Origin: Octopus bimaculoides
Lineage: Eukaryota
Reading direction: 5' to 3'
Length of the DNA: 64,000 nt
Assembly (NCBI RefSeq): GCF_001194135.2
Contig: NC_068985.1
Location: forward strand, 121,665,734-121,729,733
Shown here piece after piece: positions 10,086-23,948 of the stretch (within the stretch, counting starts at the first letter, position 1; every line of letters starts with the position of its first letter). The position numbers and the translations under genes are program-made. Below the pieces are notes generated by a model. That model was not told the DNA's origin. It saw only the letters and a list, made by a program, of their open reading frames with translations, and did no database searches.

Positions 10086-12623
10086 AGGTATATATTGAAA
10101 ATTAAAAAAACACCAACACCCACCCTCCCCTCCCAATTCTACGGCCTTGGCCTTCAAGCAGGCTGTCCATATACTAAAAATAACAGCCAAATCTCAAATG
10201 GGCAAGACCATTTTCAGTTCCACAAACACACGATGTTTTGCGCTGGTCAAATGATTCTCTTTAATTTCACTTTGTCTCAGTATTTCTTTGCTGTTTTTAC
10301 TTTTCTTTTTTCAAAAGAGCTTGCTGTTATTTCTGCATTCATATTTTTTCTAACTTTCAAAACAAAAAATAAAAATGAACACTTTACTTCCACATGAATT
10401 ACTTTGTCATATTACTGCAGGAAATTACTCGGATCTTTTTTAAAACGGGGGCCACATTTTTCATTAACGAAACACTTTGAAACTTGGAACACTGGTAGAA
10501 TGTGTCATATAAAACATCTTTTTCTCTTAGTCTTCTTAAAAAAAAAAAGAAATCCCTAAGTTATTCCATGTTAAAAGTTGTCGTATTTCTGTAATTTCAA
10601 CCAATCACTGACGTCCATTCAGCCGATATACATTAAGTGCTGACTACATAAACAAACGATTCTGAAACAATTCTATCGGTGATAGGGTTAGGGTAAAACA
10701 GCAAATTTAAAAAGAAAAAAGCAAATAAAACGAAGAAAAAAAAATGAAAAAAGCAAATAAAACGAAGCTATNNNNNNNNNNNNNNNNNNNNNNNNNNNNN
10801 NNNNNNNNNNNNNNNNNNNNNNNNNNNNNNNNNNNNNNNNNNNNNNNNNNNNNNNNNNNNNNNNNNNNNNNNNNNNNNNNNNNNNNNNNNNNNNNNNNNN
10901 TCTGAAAGAAATCTTTCCAGAAAGATGAGTAGATTGATTACATATTTCTTTCATTATGTTATTGCAGTTTTGTGAGATTTGGCTGTTATTTCTAGCATGT
11001 GGATAGCCTGCTTGAAGGCCAAGGCCGTAGAATTGGGAGGGGAAGGGTGTTTTTTTTTTTTTTTAATTGAAATTTTACAAACAGTTTTTTTCAGAATCGG
11101 ATTCTCCATAGCCGAAAACCGTGGGATTCCGTAAAAAAAAAAAGATCAACATATATCAACGACTATTGAAAAGGTTGCAAGACGCAACGAAAATTTTAGA
11201 AAAATAAAAAATAAATAAGTGGATATTTTACCGGTGAGTATGTTAAATTATAAAAAGGTCTTCTCATATTGCACTTTGCTAAACTTTCAAATACAATATT
11301 TTGCTTTACTCATTAAAGAAACATCAGGCATTGGTCTATCACTTTGAACAGTACATGCTAATTCCAACAATAAAAGTCTGAAGCCTTTGATGCCATGTAC
11401 TTTATATTAATTTTACTGAACATTAGAAGAAAGAGCTTATGAAAAATAAGTAATATAGTTTCAATTTTGTTTCTATAATTTTTGAGAGAAGCATTGCTTC
11501 CATGGACCGCATGCCTATGATGTACATATATACCCAATTTTAACATCCAATCACAAAAATGTAAAAAACAAAAACAATAGTGTAATAGGTGCAAAATAAT
11601 CTGTAGTAAACGAATATGAAAAAAAACACCTATTACACTATTTTTTTTTTTTTTACATTTTTGAAACTGGGTCCTAAACTAGAGATTAACCGATATAGAA
11701 TACGATTTTACCCCACCCCAATTTCTTAATTTTTAACTTTTTTCGATTTTTTAAAATTCACGTAGAAAAATATAGTGGTTACGAATCTGGGAATCCTTTT
11801 TCTTTAAATTTTAATTTTCCTCAAACACCCAATGTCCNNNNNNNNNNNNNNNNNNNNNNNNNNNNNNNNNNNNNNNNNNNNNNNNNNNNNNNNNNNNNNN
11901 NNNNNNNNNNNNNNNNNNNNNNNNNNNNNNNNNNNNNNNNNNNNNNNNNNNNNNNNNNNNNNNNNNNNNNNNNNNNNNNNNNNNNNNNNNNNNNNNNNNN
12001 NNNNNNNNNNNNNNNNNNNNNNNNNNNNNNNNNNNNNNNNNNNNNNNNNNNNNNNNNNNNNNNNNNNNNNNNNNNNNNNNNNNNNNNNNNNNNNNNNNNN
12101 NNNNNNNNNNNNNNNNNNNNNNNNNNNNNNNNNNNNNNNNNNNNNNNNNNNNNNNNNNNNNNNNNNNNNNNNNNNNNNNNNNNNNNNNNNNNNNNNNNNN
12201 NNNNNNNNNNNNNNNNNNNNNNNNNNNNNNNNNNNNNNNNNNNNNNNNNNNNNNNNNNNNNNNNNNNNNNNNNNNNNNNNNNNNNNNNNNNNNNNNNNNN
12301 NNNNNNNNNNNNNNNNNNNNNNNNNNNNNNNNNNNNNNNNNNNNNNNNNNNNNNNNNNNNNNNNNNNNNNNNNNNNNNNNNNNNNNNNNNNNNNNNNNNN
12401 NNNNNNNNNNNNNNNNNNNNNNNNNNNNNNNNNNNNNNNNNNNNNNNNNNNNNNNNNNNNNNNNNNNNNNNNNNNNNNNNNNNNNNNNNNNNNNNNNNNN
12501 NNNNNNNNNNNNNNNNNNNNNNNNNNNNNNNNNNNNNNNNNNNNNNNNNNNNNNNNNNNNNNNNNNNNNNNNNNNNNNNNNNNNNNNNNNNNNNNNNNNN
12601 NNNNNNNNNNNNNNNNNNNNNNN

Positions 12624-12856
12624 ATATATATGTATATATATATATATGTGTGTGTCTGTGTTTGTCCCCCCACCAACGCTTGACAACCGATGGTGGTGTG
12701 TTTACGTTCCCGTAACTTAGCGGTTCGGCAAAAAGAGACCGATAGAATAAGTACTAGGCTTACAAAGAATAAGTCCTGGGGTCGATTTTTTCAACTAAAG
12801 GCGGTGCTCCAGCATGGGCGCAGTCAAATGACTGAAACAAGTAAAAGAGTAAAAGA
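12624..12856 (+). mobile_element. SINE family A 3' half
   Basis: High similarity to 13894-14128 and 1995-2216. Confidence 0.85.
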
Positions 12857-13220
12857 AGTTATTTTTACCTATTTTTCTTAATTCCAAAAGAAGAAAAACT
12901 TGCAGCGAACTTCAGCCATGATTGTTAAGCCCCCAAGAACCGTGTGCACGTAATCGCAGGGATGATTACACAAGAGAAACATTTATGAAAATGTACACAT
13001 AAATAAGTTATGCTTACAGACTATGTTTGCAATTATCTAATCCATCTTGAAAATCAAAGCTTAATAAATTAAGAAAAAAAAGAGTAAAAAAAGTGGTCAA
13101 AAATTAGCAAAAGATCAGTCAGAAATAAGCAAAACAGTTGGTTACAGGTGGAAGCTGTGGAAATGTTCTTCTAATACCAATAGAAAGTCAGGTGACTGAG
13201 AGAAAATGGGAATATATATA

Positions 13221-14128
13221 GGCGTAGCAGTGGCTGTGTGGTAAGTAGCTTGCTTACCAACCACATGCTTCCAGGTTCAGTCCCACTCCGTGGCATTTTG
13301 GGCAAGTGTCTTCTACTATAGCNNNNNNNNNNCACAAGCTAGTCCAGGGGCACTGGCAACGATCTCCCTCGAAAATCCTACGAAGGCCAGTCAGGCGGTA
13401 CTGGCAACGGCCACGCTCGAAATGGTGCATCTTATGTGCCACCTGCACAACAGCCAGTCCAGGAGCACTGGCAACAATCTCACTTGGCTTGCCGGGTCTT
13501 CTCACGCACAGCACACCTCCAAAGATAGTCATCGCCTCAGTGAGGCCCAATGTACAAAGGTCTTGCCTCACCAACTCAGCCCAGGTCTTCCTGGGCCTAC
13601 CTCTTCCACGGGTTCCCTCAACTGTTAGGGTGTGGCACTTTTTCACGCAGTTATCCTCATCCATTCTCACCACATGTCCATACCAGCGCAATCGTCTCTC
13701 TTGCACACCACAACTGATGCTTCTGATGTTCAGCTTTTCTCTCAAGATACTTACACTCTGACGGGTATTCACATTGACATACACATCCAACAGAGCATAC
13801 TGGCTTCATTCCTTGCGAGCTTACGCATGTCCTCAGCAGTTACAGCTCATGTTTCACTGCCATGTAGCATGGCTGTTCGTACACAAGCTGTTCGTATATG
13901 TATATATATATGTATGTGTGTTTGTGTGTCTGTGTTTGTCCCCCACCATCGCTTGACAACCGATGCTGGTGTGTTTACGTCCCCGTAAACTAGCGGTTCA
14001 GCAAAAGAGACCGATAGAATAAGTACTAGGCTTACAAAGAATAAGTCCTGGGGTCGATTTGCTCGACTAAAGGCGGTGCTCCAGCATGGCCGCAGTCAAA
14101 TGGCTGAAACAAATAAAAAGAGTAAAAA
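13221..14128 (+). mobile_element. SINE family A (tRNA head 13221-13322, tail 13894-14128) interrupted by an RTE fragment
   Basis: Head has A-box TGGCTGTGTGG, B-box GGTTCAGTCCC and a CORE-like 'ttgggcaagt'; tail as in the other copies. Confidence 0.8.
13333..13893 (-). mobile_element. RTE LINE 3' coding fragment
   Basis: ORF 13254-13790: VQERRLRWYGHVVRMDEDNCVKKC..L.VEGTRGRGRPRKTW, the typical RTE/BovB C-terminus. Confidence 0.88.
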
Positions 14129-15049
14129 GAATTGTCATAATAAAACAAATGTTTTCCTCACCACNNNNNNNNNNNNNNNNNNNNNNNNNNNNNNNNNNNN
14201 NNNNNNNNNNNNNNNNNNNNNNNNNNNNNNNNNNNNNNNNNNNNNNNNNNNNNNNNNNNNNNNNNNNNNNNNNNNNNNNNNNNNNNNNNNNNNNNNNNNN
14301 NNNNNNNNNNNNNNNNNNNNNNNNNNNNNNNNNNNNNNNNNNNNNNNNNNNNNNNNNNNNNNNNNNNNNNNNNNNNNNNNNNNNNNNNNNNNNNNNNNNN
14401 NNNNNNNNNNNNNNNNNNNNNNNNNNNNNNNNNNNNNNNNNNNNNNNNNNNNNNNNNNNNNNNNNNNNNNNNNNNNNNNNNNNNNNNNNNNNNNNNNNNN
14501 NNNNNNNNNNNNNNNNNNNNNNNNNNNNNNNNNNNNNNNNNNNNNNNNNNNNNNNNNNNNNNNNNNNNNNNNNNNNNNNNNNNNNNNNNNNNNNNNNNNN
14601 NNNNNNNNNNNNNNNNNNNNNNNNNNNNNNNNNNNNNNNNNNNNNNNNNNNNNNNNNNNNNNNNNNNNNNNNNNNNNNNNNNNNNNNNNNNNNNNNNNNN
14701 NNNNNNNNNNNNNNNNNNNNNNNNNNNNNNNNNNNNNNNNNNNNNNNNNNNNNNNNNNNNNNNNNNNNNNNNNNNNNNNNNNNATATTTATTGTTGTTTA
14801 GCTGTTGTTTCTAGCATGTCGAGTTTTCTGGTGGTGGTCTGATATTTTTGACGTCTGCTATTTTAGTAGAATTCTATGCATGTGAAACATCAGCTGAAAG
14901 TGAAACATTCTGAGTTTTTTATTTTTGAAAGTAGGGAGGTGATGGGTGGGCGAGGTGGGGGAGTGTTTCTTTTAGAAAAATTAAAATTTGAAAAGAAAAA
15001 TTCCCAGATTCATAATCTCTGTATTTTTCTATGTGGATTAAAAAGAATT

Positions 15050-15739
15050 TTGAAAACCATTGCTCCCCAGACTATCACAGAATAGCCACTGTGTTTCATT
15101 GTTGGCTGCAATCTTTTCATGTCAAATTCTTGATCACAGAGTCTCCAGACCTACACTCGACCACTGTCAGAAAATACAGCATATATGACAGTGTCCCAAA
15201 ATGCTAGTGGTCTCTCCACCATCTCACTGGCCCAATCATTTCTCCACTTGATATTGGATGGTTGAAGAAGTGGCTTCCTTCTTGTTGCTCTGCCACAGTA
15301 GCCAAGTTTGTGAAAATACTTCACAGCAGTTCTGGGAATGACATCAACTTGTTCTGCTACATCAGAGGCCTTGGAATGAGGATTATCATCCATACTTCAC
15401 TTAACAAAGTGAAGGGCCCTGTCAGAAGACCCTGGCTAACCTAGGTGAGATGACATGTACTCCTTCCCCTCTCTGATGAATTGCACAATCATTCTATTAA
15501 CTGTAGAAAGTGAGATCCCCAAGGTTTTCTGCAATTTCATGCTTAGTCCACCTTCAGATTGATCCACAATACAGCCTCTTTGAAATTCAGACAATTTCAA
15601 GGCATGATTAAACAGTCACATATAGAACCTGAAACATAAAAATATCAATAAATAATTAAAAAAATATAAACCTTTTCAAGTTAAAATAAACATAAAACAA
15701 TGTTTTATGGGGTGTCTATTTACTTCTGTCATGGCTGTG
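15050..15739 (-). mobile_element. Tc1-like DNA transposon, 5' portion (degenerate transposase)
   Basis: TA|CACAGCCATGACAGAAG terminus at 15739; ORF 15151-15393 HKLGY.GRA.RRKPLL...W...VI.SD; TMKHSG.SV.VWG downstream. Confidence 0.8.
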
Positions 15740-15887
15740 TATATGTATGGGGCAGATGGGGCTTCTTAGCCATGGTAAGGGCAATCTATCTAGAAGAAGG
15801 AAAGCTCTGATATAAAACCAGGTTTATGGTTGCCTACAGTCCCCTTAGTTGATGTGCACTATCAGCATCTACTTACTCACAGGGCAC

Positions 15888-16076
15888 TGTGTGGCACCTT
15901 GGGCAAGTGTCTTCTACTATAGCCTTGGGCTGACCAAAGCCTTGTGAGTGGATTTGGGAGATGGAAACTGAAAGAAGCTTATTGTATATATGTATATATA
16001 TGTGTATATATATATATGTTTGTGTATCTGTGTTTGTGTCCCCAACATCGCTTGACAACCGATGCTGGTGTGTTTA
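15888..16076 (+). mobile_element. SINE family A middle part (runs into gap)
   Basis: 'gtggcaccttgggcaagtgtcttctactatagcc...ggaaactgaaagaagc...catcgcttgacaaccgatgctgg'. Confidence 0.8.
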
Positions 16077-16280
16077 NNNNNNNNNNNNNNNNNNNNNNNN
16101 NNNNNNNNNNNNNNNNNNNNNNNNNNNNNNNNNNNNNNNNNNNNNNNNNNNNNNNNNNNNNNNNNNNNNNNNNNNNTAGCGATATTTTTGATACACACAG
16201 AACAAAAAACAATAAAGAGTAAAAAAACACTTGCCTTTAGTTAATGATTACTAATTGATGATTTCCCTGCCCTGCATATC

Positions 16281-16317
<37 letters not shown>

Positions 16318-16566
16318 GAGAGATTATTGTAGTTCGCTTGAAGCATTGTGTATTGTGTGTAAAGAATAAAAAGTTTTGAATGGTACAACAATGCACTATA
16401 ATACCCAAAATGGACTGTATACCTGTTGTAATTTAGTTATCCATAGTCCAATAAGATTTCAGAATATAATTCCTTCTTCAGATATTCTCAGATGGAGTCA
16501 CTTCTATAATCTTAATTATAGCAGTGACTCCATCTAAATATATGTATATATATATATATATGTATG

Positions 16567-16608
<42 letters not shown>

Positions 16609-16609
<1 letters not shown>

Positions 16610-16645
16610 TAGCAGCTAGGCCCGGTTTCACCCTGTCTGTTTGGA
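16609..16645 (-). mobile_element. Possible Helitron 3' terminus (hairpin + CTAG)
   Basis: Minus strand ...cagggtgaaaccgggcctagctgCTAG next to (TA)n; the hairpin is imperfect. Confidence 0.4.
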
Positions 16646-18109
16646 TGATGTAGCTATGTTCGTTTCCGGTTAGGCATAATCTATAACGCTTCTCAACCTT
16701 ATCATTTTGGGTCCCCTGTTTCGATTGGAGCCTCCAGCTGTATGAAAATTTCCTGACTCCTCACCACTCCTTGTTAGAAAACAGCTTCAGGAATTGTGAA
16801 GAACGAATTTGTATGTAGCTTGTTTCTGAGAGCTATTCTATTGAACCTCTGTCTAATCATTAAAACATTGATTTAATTATGAACATAGAAAGAAATTATA
16901 CATTAATCGTTATTTTTGTAAGCAGTTGTATTCATAAAAATTTTATTTATAGAGAGCAGAAATTGAAAGAAGATATATGAGGTGGACATGTGTGCGTATT
17001 TTAACAATAGTTGATTTATGGAAAAGATTGTGTTGAATTTTTGAAATGCAATTATGTGAATGAAAATTAAGTTCAAACCTCTACATGGTAGCTAGACCTG
17101 GTAGAAACAGCAGCCAAATCTCCCTCAAAACACCCTACTGTCTTAATCCGACAATTCTGCCTATTATGTAGTTTGAATGAGAAACTGTAATTAAAGATTA
17201 AGATTATTAACCCCACAAAGAGGTGAAAGAAGAGAGACAGCATAGCAAAAGTTTTGGCTGACTGTCATCCTGTACTCCCTTTGTTGCTAGCGAAATGGTA
17301 TATGCCGGCTGTGTGAGCAACTGGTTGTTTTAATAGCGGAACAAACAGGGGAATTCCATTAGAAAATGTTTTAATCGATTTTCTCGGTAAGTATGGGGGC
17401 TAGGAAAAAAATACAAACTACATTCCAATCTATGCACTCATCTCCACAGGTGTGCCATTTTTCACGTGAATCCACCCAGGCATTTGGCTGTGAACCTCAA
17501 GACAAGAAATACAATGATCGCCCATGTCCAGTTTATATTATAAGAGTGAGAGTATATATATATATATATATATATATACTCTCTCTCTCTCTGTACATTT
17601 ATATATATATCAGCAAGCACACGTCACCTGCTATACAGCACACACACGTTAGCCTCACACATATACACACGTCCTTGCACATACTCACACATCCATACAC
17701 ACACACACACACACAGTCACCCACACATATATACTCACACATTTGCCCCCAATCATACATACACATTCACACACACCATTATCAGATACACCTTAGTTCG
17801 ATGGGAGTCACCATTACTGTTATTATTATTATCTCCCTTTCATTCAGCCTCTTTTTTCCAGTCATCTGGCTTTGTTGAACCATTGAACTCTGCACATTTT
17901 TCTGTTTTTTTTTTTTCACTCTCTCTCCATTTTTTTTTTTTTTTTNNNNNNNNNNNNNNNNNNNNNNNNNNNNNNNNNNNNNNNNNNNNNNNNNNNNNNN
18001 NNNNNNNNNNNNNNNNNNNNNNNNNNNNNNNNNNNNNNNNNNNNNNNNNNNNNNNNNNNNNNNNNNNNNNNNNNNNNNNNNNNNNNNNNNNNNNNNNNNN
18101 NNNNNNNNN

Positions 18110-18490
18110 TATGGTTGGATGGTTTGACAGGCAGTGACCAGGTTTCATATCTGTTTTGGCATAGTGTCTATGGCTAGATGCCCTTCGAAATGCCAACTAC
18201 TTTCTAAAGTGTACTGCTTCCATACCTGAAATTTCTTCTCTAGTTCTGCTAGTGATTCAACAATAAGAACAAGGTCATCAGTGTAGATGAGTTTGCAAAG
18301 GCAGCCAGTCTCAGATTCCTCTGTTATAGCCTGAAGGACTATGATAAACAAGAAGGGACTGAGAACCAATCCTTAGTGAAATCCTGCTTGCACACTAAAT
18401 TCCATGCTATACTCATTAGCAACTTTCACTTTACTGACAAAATCCTTGTACATGGCTTTTACAGCTCTCACCAACCATTCATCTATCCAC
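18110..18490 (-). mobile_element. RTE LINE RT core fragment plus 3' UTR piece
   Basis: VLSPFLFIIVLQAITEE...LIYTDDLVLI (YADD-like). Confidence 0.8.
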
Positions 18491-18708
18491 CAGGTCCAGC
18501 AATTTGATGTCTCTGTTATACACACGCACATATATATATGTGTCTTCAAAACAAAACTGGATCTCCCCCTGTCAAGGATTCTGAATGAGCCTATCTCACG
18601 GCAGGATACACAGATAAGGGAAGAAGCATAAAATTCCCTCCTTCACTAAATGCCACATATCGTAGGAGGTTTCAATGAGTGAAAATGTAACAAAACCAAT
18701 GCCTATGT

Positions 18709-18990
18709 AAAGGTGCAACTTTGGCATGTGGTCTACAAGGGAGATTACTTGGGGTTACTTTTAAATTATTTTGTACATACTTAGCATTGTAAATGTATTT
18801 TATCGAATTCTTACTATTTTAAAAATAAGAAAATCATATAATAATTAAAATAAGTGCGTAGATCACCCACCAAAGTAAATTTACTCATGTAGATCACACG
18901 GAAAGTAGCACTAGGACATAAGTAAACTAATAAGTAACCTAAAGTAATCTCCCTTTAATTTGTAGATCACGCATTCAAGTGGCACTTTTC
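18709..18990. mobile_element. Degenerate MITE-like element with about 55-bp imperfect terminal inverted repeats
   Basis: 'aaaggtgcaact...gtctaca agggagattacttggggttactt' vs the reverse complement of 'aagtaacctaaagtaatctccct...tgtagatcac...agtggcactttt'. Confidence 0.55.
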
Positions 18991-19059
18991 TTTTTCTTCA
19001 GAAATGATGTGAATTTAGTGCTGGTTTCTTGTAAAAACGCAACTGCTTTCATCTCGTCG

Positions 19060-20085
19060 CTGATCACATTGTAAAAATCTTTAGCCAACATCTTACAATC
19101 AACCTTGTCCCATTGCATAATTTAGGAGGATCTAAATATCTTAGAAGCTCTATTAGGACTCTTACCTTCAGAAAAAGTCTATATGGAGGAGTTCCAGGTG
19201 GCGCAGGAGAATTAAGGAACTTTGTTGGGTAACAGACAGCTTGATTTTCATCAAGCACTGAATCAACTGATTTGCACTCCTTAATGACTGTTGGAATATT
19301 ATTTGTTAATCCTTGCGACTGTCTCATTTTTTGGAGCAAGAAATGCCCTTTCACACAACCATTTATGTGAATTACAGTTATTACTTAAGTCTGGCAATAC
19401 CATGTTCTTCAATTCAGCTGAAGAATTCACCATGATAGCAATATGAGCCAAACCGATATCACCATTCTTATCAAATGGTACTTTCCCATTTCCTAATTGG
19501 AGGAGCCAGGTTGAAAATTGTTCTGCACATTGGTCCCCATGTAATAAAGCTCACACATTAGTATTGAAGGAGAAATTTTGCACTTTATTCCATAGGTGCA
19601 GACTTAATGCATGCTTTTATTTCATCAGATTTTGTTCATCTCGGAATGTCTGGTAATGTCTCTCTGAGGTCTCCTGATGAAACTAATGTAACTCCTCCCA
19701 TAGATTTATTGTTGCCTCTAATGTCCTGTGAGGTCTTATCAAGAACTTCCATTGCACCTCTATGTGACATGGTGCATTAATTCCATATAATAAGGTGACA
19801 TTGGCACAACCCTTCTGTTGAACCTGAACCTTTGCTTATGTTACAAATTGGATTGTCATTTGTGACCTGGTTTAGCGGTAATTTAAAAGCAGAATGGGCT
19901 ATTCGTCCTCTTGGGAGGAATGGTGGCAGCAAAGTCAGACAATGCTACAGCAACTGCAATTCTTTTTCCTTGCCTTACCTTGGAGAGAAGCAATGTTGTT
20001 ACAAATGTTTTACCTGTGCCACCAGGAGCATCAAGAATGAAAATTCCTCTGCTTTTTTTCTGGTGATTGTGGAACACCGCACGCA
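19060..20085 (-). mobile_element. Helitron PIF1-like helicase pseudogene fragment
   Basis: IFILDAPGGTGKTF (Walker A), GRIAHSAFKLP, GDLRETLP, YPT.FLNS..PPG.PP..L.LK, LDPPKLCNGTRLIV; many stops and frameshifts. Confidence 0.9.
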
Positions 20086-21186
20086 CGCATGCACACATAT
20101 ACATACAGTATCAAACATCAGATGAAATGGATGTGTGTGTGTGTGTGTGAGAGAGAGAGCACGAATGAAGAGATGTGTTGTCATGTATATGTACGTACAT
20201 AACGAAGCATATTTGTATGTATGCGTGCATGTGAGAGAGATAGAACGAGTGTCACTTAGACAACATTCTCTCTCTCACATGCATACATACATACAAAAAT
20301 GATGTATGGATATGTATTCATGTAAGTATATATACATGACAACACATCCCTTCACTCACTCTCTCTCTCTCTCACACACATACATACATACATAAATGTA
20401 TACAAACGCACATGCAAAAATACATGTGCGCATATGACTGACTACAAATACATAGAGCTGAACATTCCACACAAAAAGTAAATAAAGAAAGAAATTTCAC
20501 AGAAATTAATGGTGTCAAGGTTCAAGTGAAAGAATGCCCGTATTTTTTTGGACAACCCATGTTGAAATGCAAAATTTTAACGTGATATTTGTGTAATAAA
20601 GAAATCAAACCTGGAGTGTGTGTGTGAGTGAGAGAGAGAGAGAACATTGCAAACAAGGAATGAAATAAACATAAAATGAAAAAAATTGTCTCAATAAAAA
20701 CTATCTTGTACCAAATATTTGAATTTATGAACTTAGTAAATACTTCTTTCAGTAATTTATTGCATTTGTTTCCAAATACTAACTTAAAACTTGAAATGAA
20801 AACATTCAAATAGAGAGTGAGAGAGTTCGTAAATTAAAATGGAAAATTTCACCATTGCTATGTCAAAACTGGAAGTTGACATTGAGAAACCTTTTTAAAG
20901 AAGTGGAACATAAATATAAAGCAATATTTATTTTTAATGGACAAATAAACTGATGACCCTATTATGTATCCAAGTTTAAATTATTCATGCATCTCAAGTA
21001 TCAAAGCAATTTGCGCAGCCTTTTTCTTGTGAAAAGCGAAAATACATACACACACAGGTCTATTTTTATTATAATAGATTATGTTTGCAAAATGAATTAC
21101 CACGTCAATGGCAGAATAAATTATTATTTCAACCAGGAAACGCGCTGAGTAGCTATAATTGCAAGATTTGTGGTTTTTAATTTTAG

Positions 21187-21229
<43 letters not shown>

Positions 21230-21479
21230 AGAGCAAATCAAATCCCTTCTTTTTTCAGCAGGAACAAAGAACCTATTGTATGGAAAAAAAATCTCTTTAT
21301 ACTACATTTCAAAGTTTTTCAAGTTTACAGAAAATTTTCAGTAAATTTTACAGCTCAAAGTAAAATTTTCACTCATCTAGAAGTATACACTTTGCTTAAT
21401 AAATAGTGAAAATCAATAGTTCTGTGTTGGTTGTTTAACAGTTAGTAATCAGAATGGAACAGGAAGTAAATTGCTTGCT

Positions 21480-22560
21480 CCGTTTATACTGTAGCTGTTA
21501 AAGTTATTACTGAATGGATCTAGTAGGAACATATTCCAAATAACCCCATTATCACAAGTACACAAACACATGTCGTGACACTTAAACTCAAGGCGAGGAG
21601 TTTGGCATTTGAATATGTGAGTTGACTTGAAAAGAAGATAACCCAGTTTTGAGTGGTAAATGTTAGTACGAGTAAAGATTGCTTGCATAATTTTCGTAGG
21701 TAACATAACACCTGAAGCTTCATTCCTGGGTCATGCAACTAGCTTCAATTATCACAATGTTACCTGTGTTTTCAATATCTGTGGAACTGGGAAGTATGAA
21801 TTTACTCCAGATAAAGTCTGAAATTTTGATGAAAGTCAATATACGACAGAGCAAAACCATTGCTGAAAAAGAGGGCAAACAAGCTGGGGTGATAGTATCA
21901 TTAGGTAATTGGTAACTTTGCTGTGTAATCAGTGCTATAGGGAACATTTGTTTCAATGTATCTTTCACATTGTCCACTCGAGTTCCCTTTAAGAACCATT
22001 TACTGTGGTGCATGACCAGGCTCTATTAGTGTGGCACATCCCACCAGCTGGATGACAGTAGCAAAATTTCCTGTCTTCATGTATTTTTTGTATTTACAGT
22101 ACACTAGGTAAAAAAAAAAAGGGTTTTAATAGATACGATAATCAGATAAGTCACACAGTGTAGTAATCATTCCTGATATCCAAGAGAATGGAGTAATATT
22201 ATTGTTTCCCCCACCACAGTTCACACAAGCTGCCCCTTGAAGGGACTGTCCTGGAGTCTTTCAAAAACCAGTAAAACTCTGCTGCCAAGTTGATGAAGGC
22301 AAACAGTGTGATATTCATGGATAACTTGGGAAGATATTTCTCAAAGAAATATCTCCCACCAACAGCAAGTCAAGTCACAGAGGAGTAACGCATTTATTCT
22401 CAAGACCATGACATCTTAACTGGGGGTGATTTTTGCCCTTTCCAGTGCAACTACTTCCAGAATCATTAACCCACTAGTCCCAAATGCTGTAACATCAAGC
22501 CAACCAGAACCTACAGGCTCAAGTTTCTCAATGCCAAGGGACATTTATCCTTTCAATAAA
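21480..22560 (+). mobile_element. pogo/Tigger-family (DDE_1) transposase fossil
   Basis: Plus-strand translation across stops: TPEA.FLGHATSFN.HNV, KYEFTPDKV*NFDES, IAEK..KQ.G, HP.GW, LLFPP..SHKL. Confidence 0.7.
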
Positions 22561-23913
22561 GCTGGCTCAAGTGAAGACGGGAGAAAACCAAGAGAAAACA
22601 TAAAATGTTGTTCATGACAGGTAACTAGAATACTGTATGTAGTGATAATAATGAACTGTTGAAACTGCTATTCTATAATCGACAAGCTATTAACTAGTGC
22701 AGGCAATGTCTTTCCTGTACCAAACCAGTTTTTAAAACAGTACATTTCTCTTAACTCTTCAGTATTTCTTTCTAATTGTCCATAAAAACTATTTCATTCA
22801 GTTTGGTAGTCAAATTTGTTTTAATCTAAATTCAAAGTCTGCAACTAAGGTTTTATGTTTTCTCCAACTAATTTGTCACCTTGTGCTAGCGTAAAAATTA
22901 CCTAATTATTAGCATGTAGGGTACAAGATGTCATTAAGATAATTGCCTGCTAATGTCCGTAGTGTCTTTCATTTTTCTGGAATTCATAACATAAGTACTT
23001 GTCAAATACTAGGGTTAATTGCTTATGCCTTGTCTCATATCTGAACTAAAACAAAATGCTTTGTAGTATTTAGTCATGTCCCTTTACATTCTGAACATTA
23101 CCCTTATTCCTCCAGGATATTAATCACTCCAGAATTTATGTAGTTCTAAAGTAAAAATCTTTATAAGAATGATTAAACAGCCATATTAAAGTATAAAATT
23201 TTGTTCAAGGTTTGCAATTTGAAAACAAGTATTTAACTTTCATCTTTAGATGTTCATCTATCATAGGTCAGTTGATAAAATGAGTACCAGTCATGTATTT
23301 AGGTCAATCTAATCAAGCTATAGTTGATCCTTAAAAAATATGTGGCCTTATGGCAGTGTTAAATCTTGTGAATTTGATAAGCTAATTATTCATTTCCCTG
23401 AGAAAGAACATTTGTTTAACTGCAAAATATACAAAGTACTATAGAAAAGTTCAAACTATTTGTACAGGAGTTAGCAAATAGGATTTATTATAAATTTTCA
23501 TTATTACATGTTTCTACAAAAAAAATTACAATTTAATTATAGCATGCAAATATGAATCCTAGCTTGTCATCTTTCAACCTGAAACTAAGTGTTTGTTGTC
23601 AATGTAAGTGTACTGAGTCACTTCATCAAGACTTGATCACCTAGTCCAACTAGTGAGAAACTATAATTCATCAGTGTTCTATTTACATAGTAAAGCTGGG
23701 TTCAAATCCTCCTGTGAATACGAATGATTGATTGATTGGCATTATATCTTGGAAGAAACATGGATCTAAACCATAGAGTCCCTCCATGACTAATAACCTA
23801 AGTTTACTTTTTATGCATTTCACCAAGACACAGAGACAATTTTGTAATTGGTGAAAAAGCATAGTTAACTGAAACAACACAAATACTGGTACTTCAATTT
23901 GACTTTATCACTA

Positions 23914-23948
<35 letters not shown>

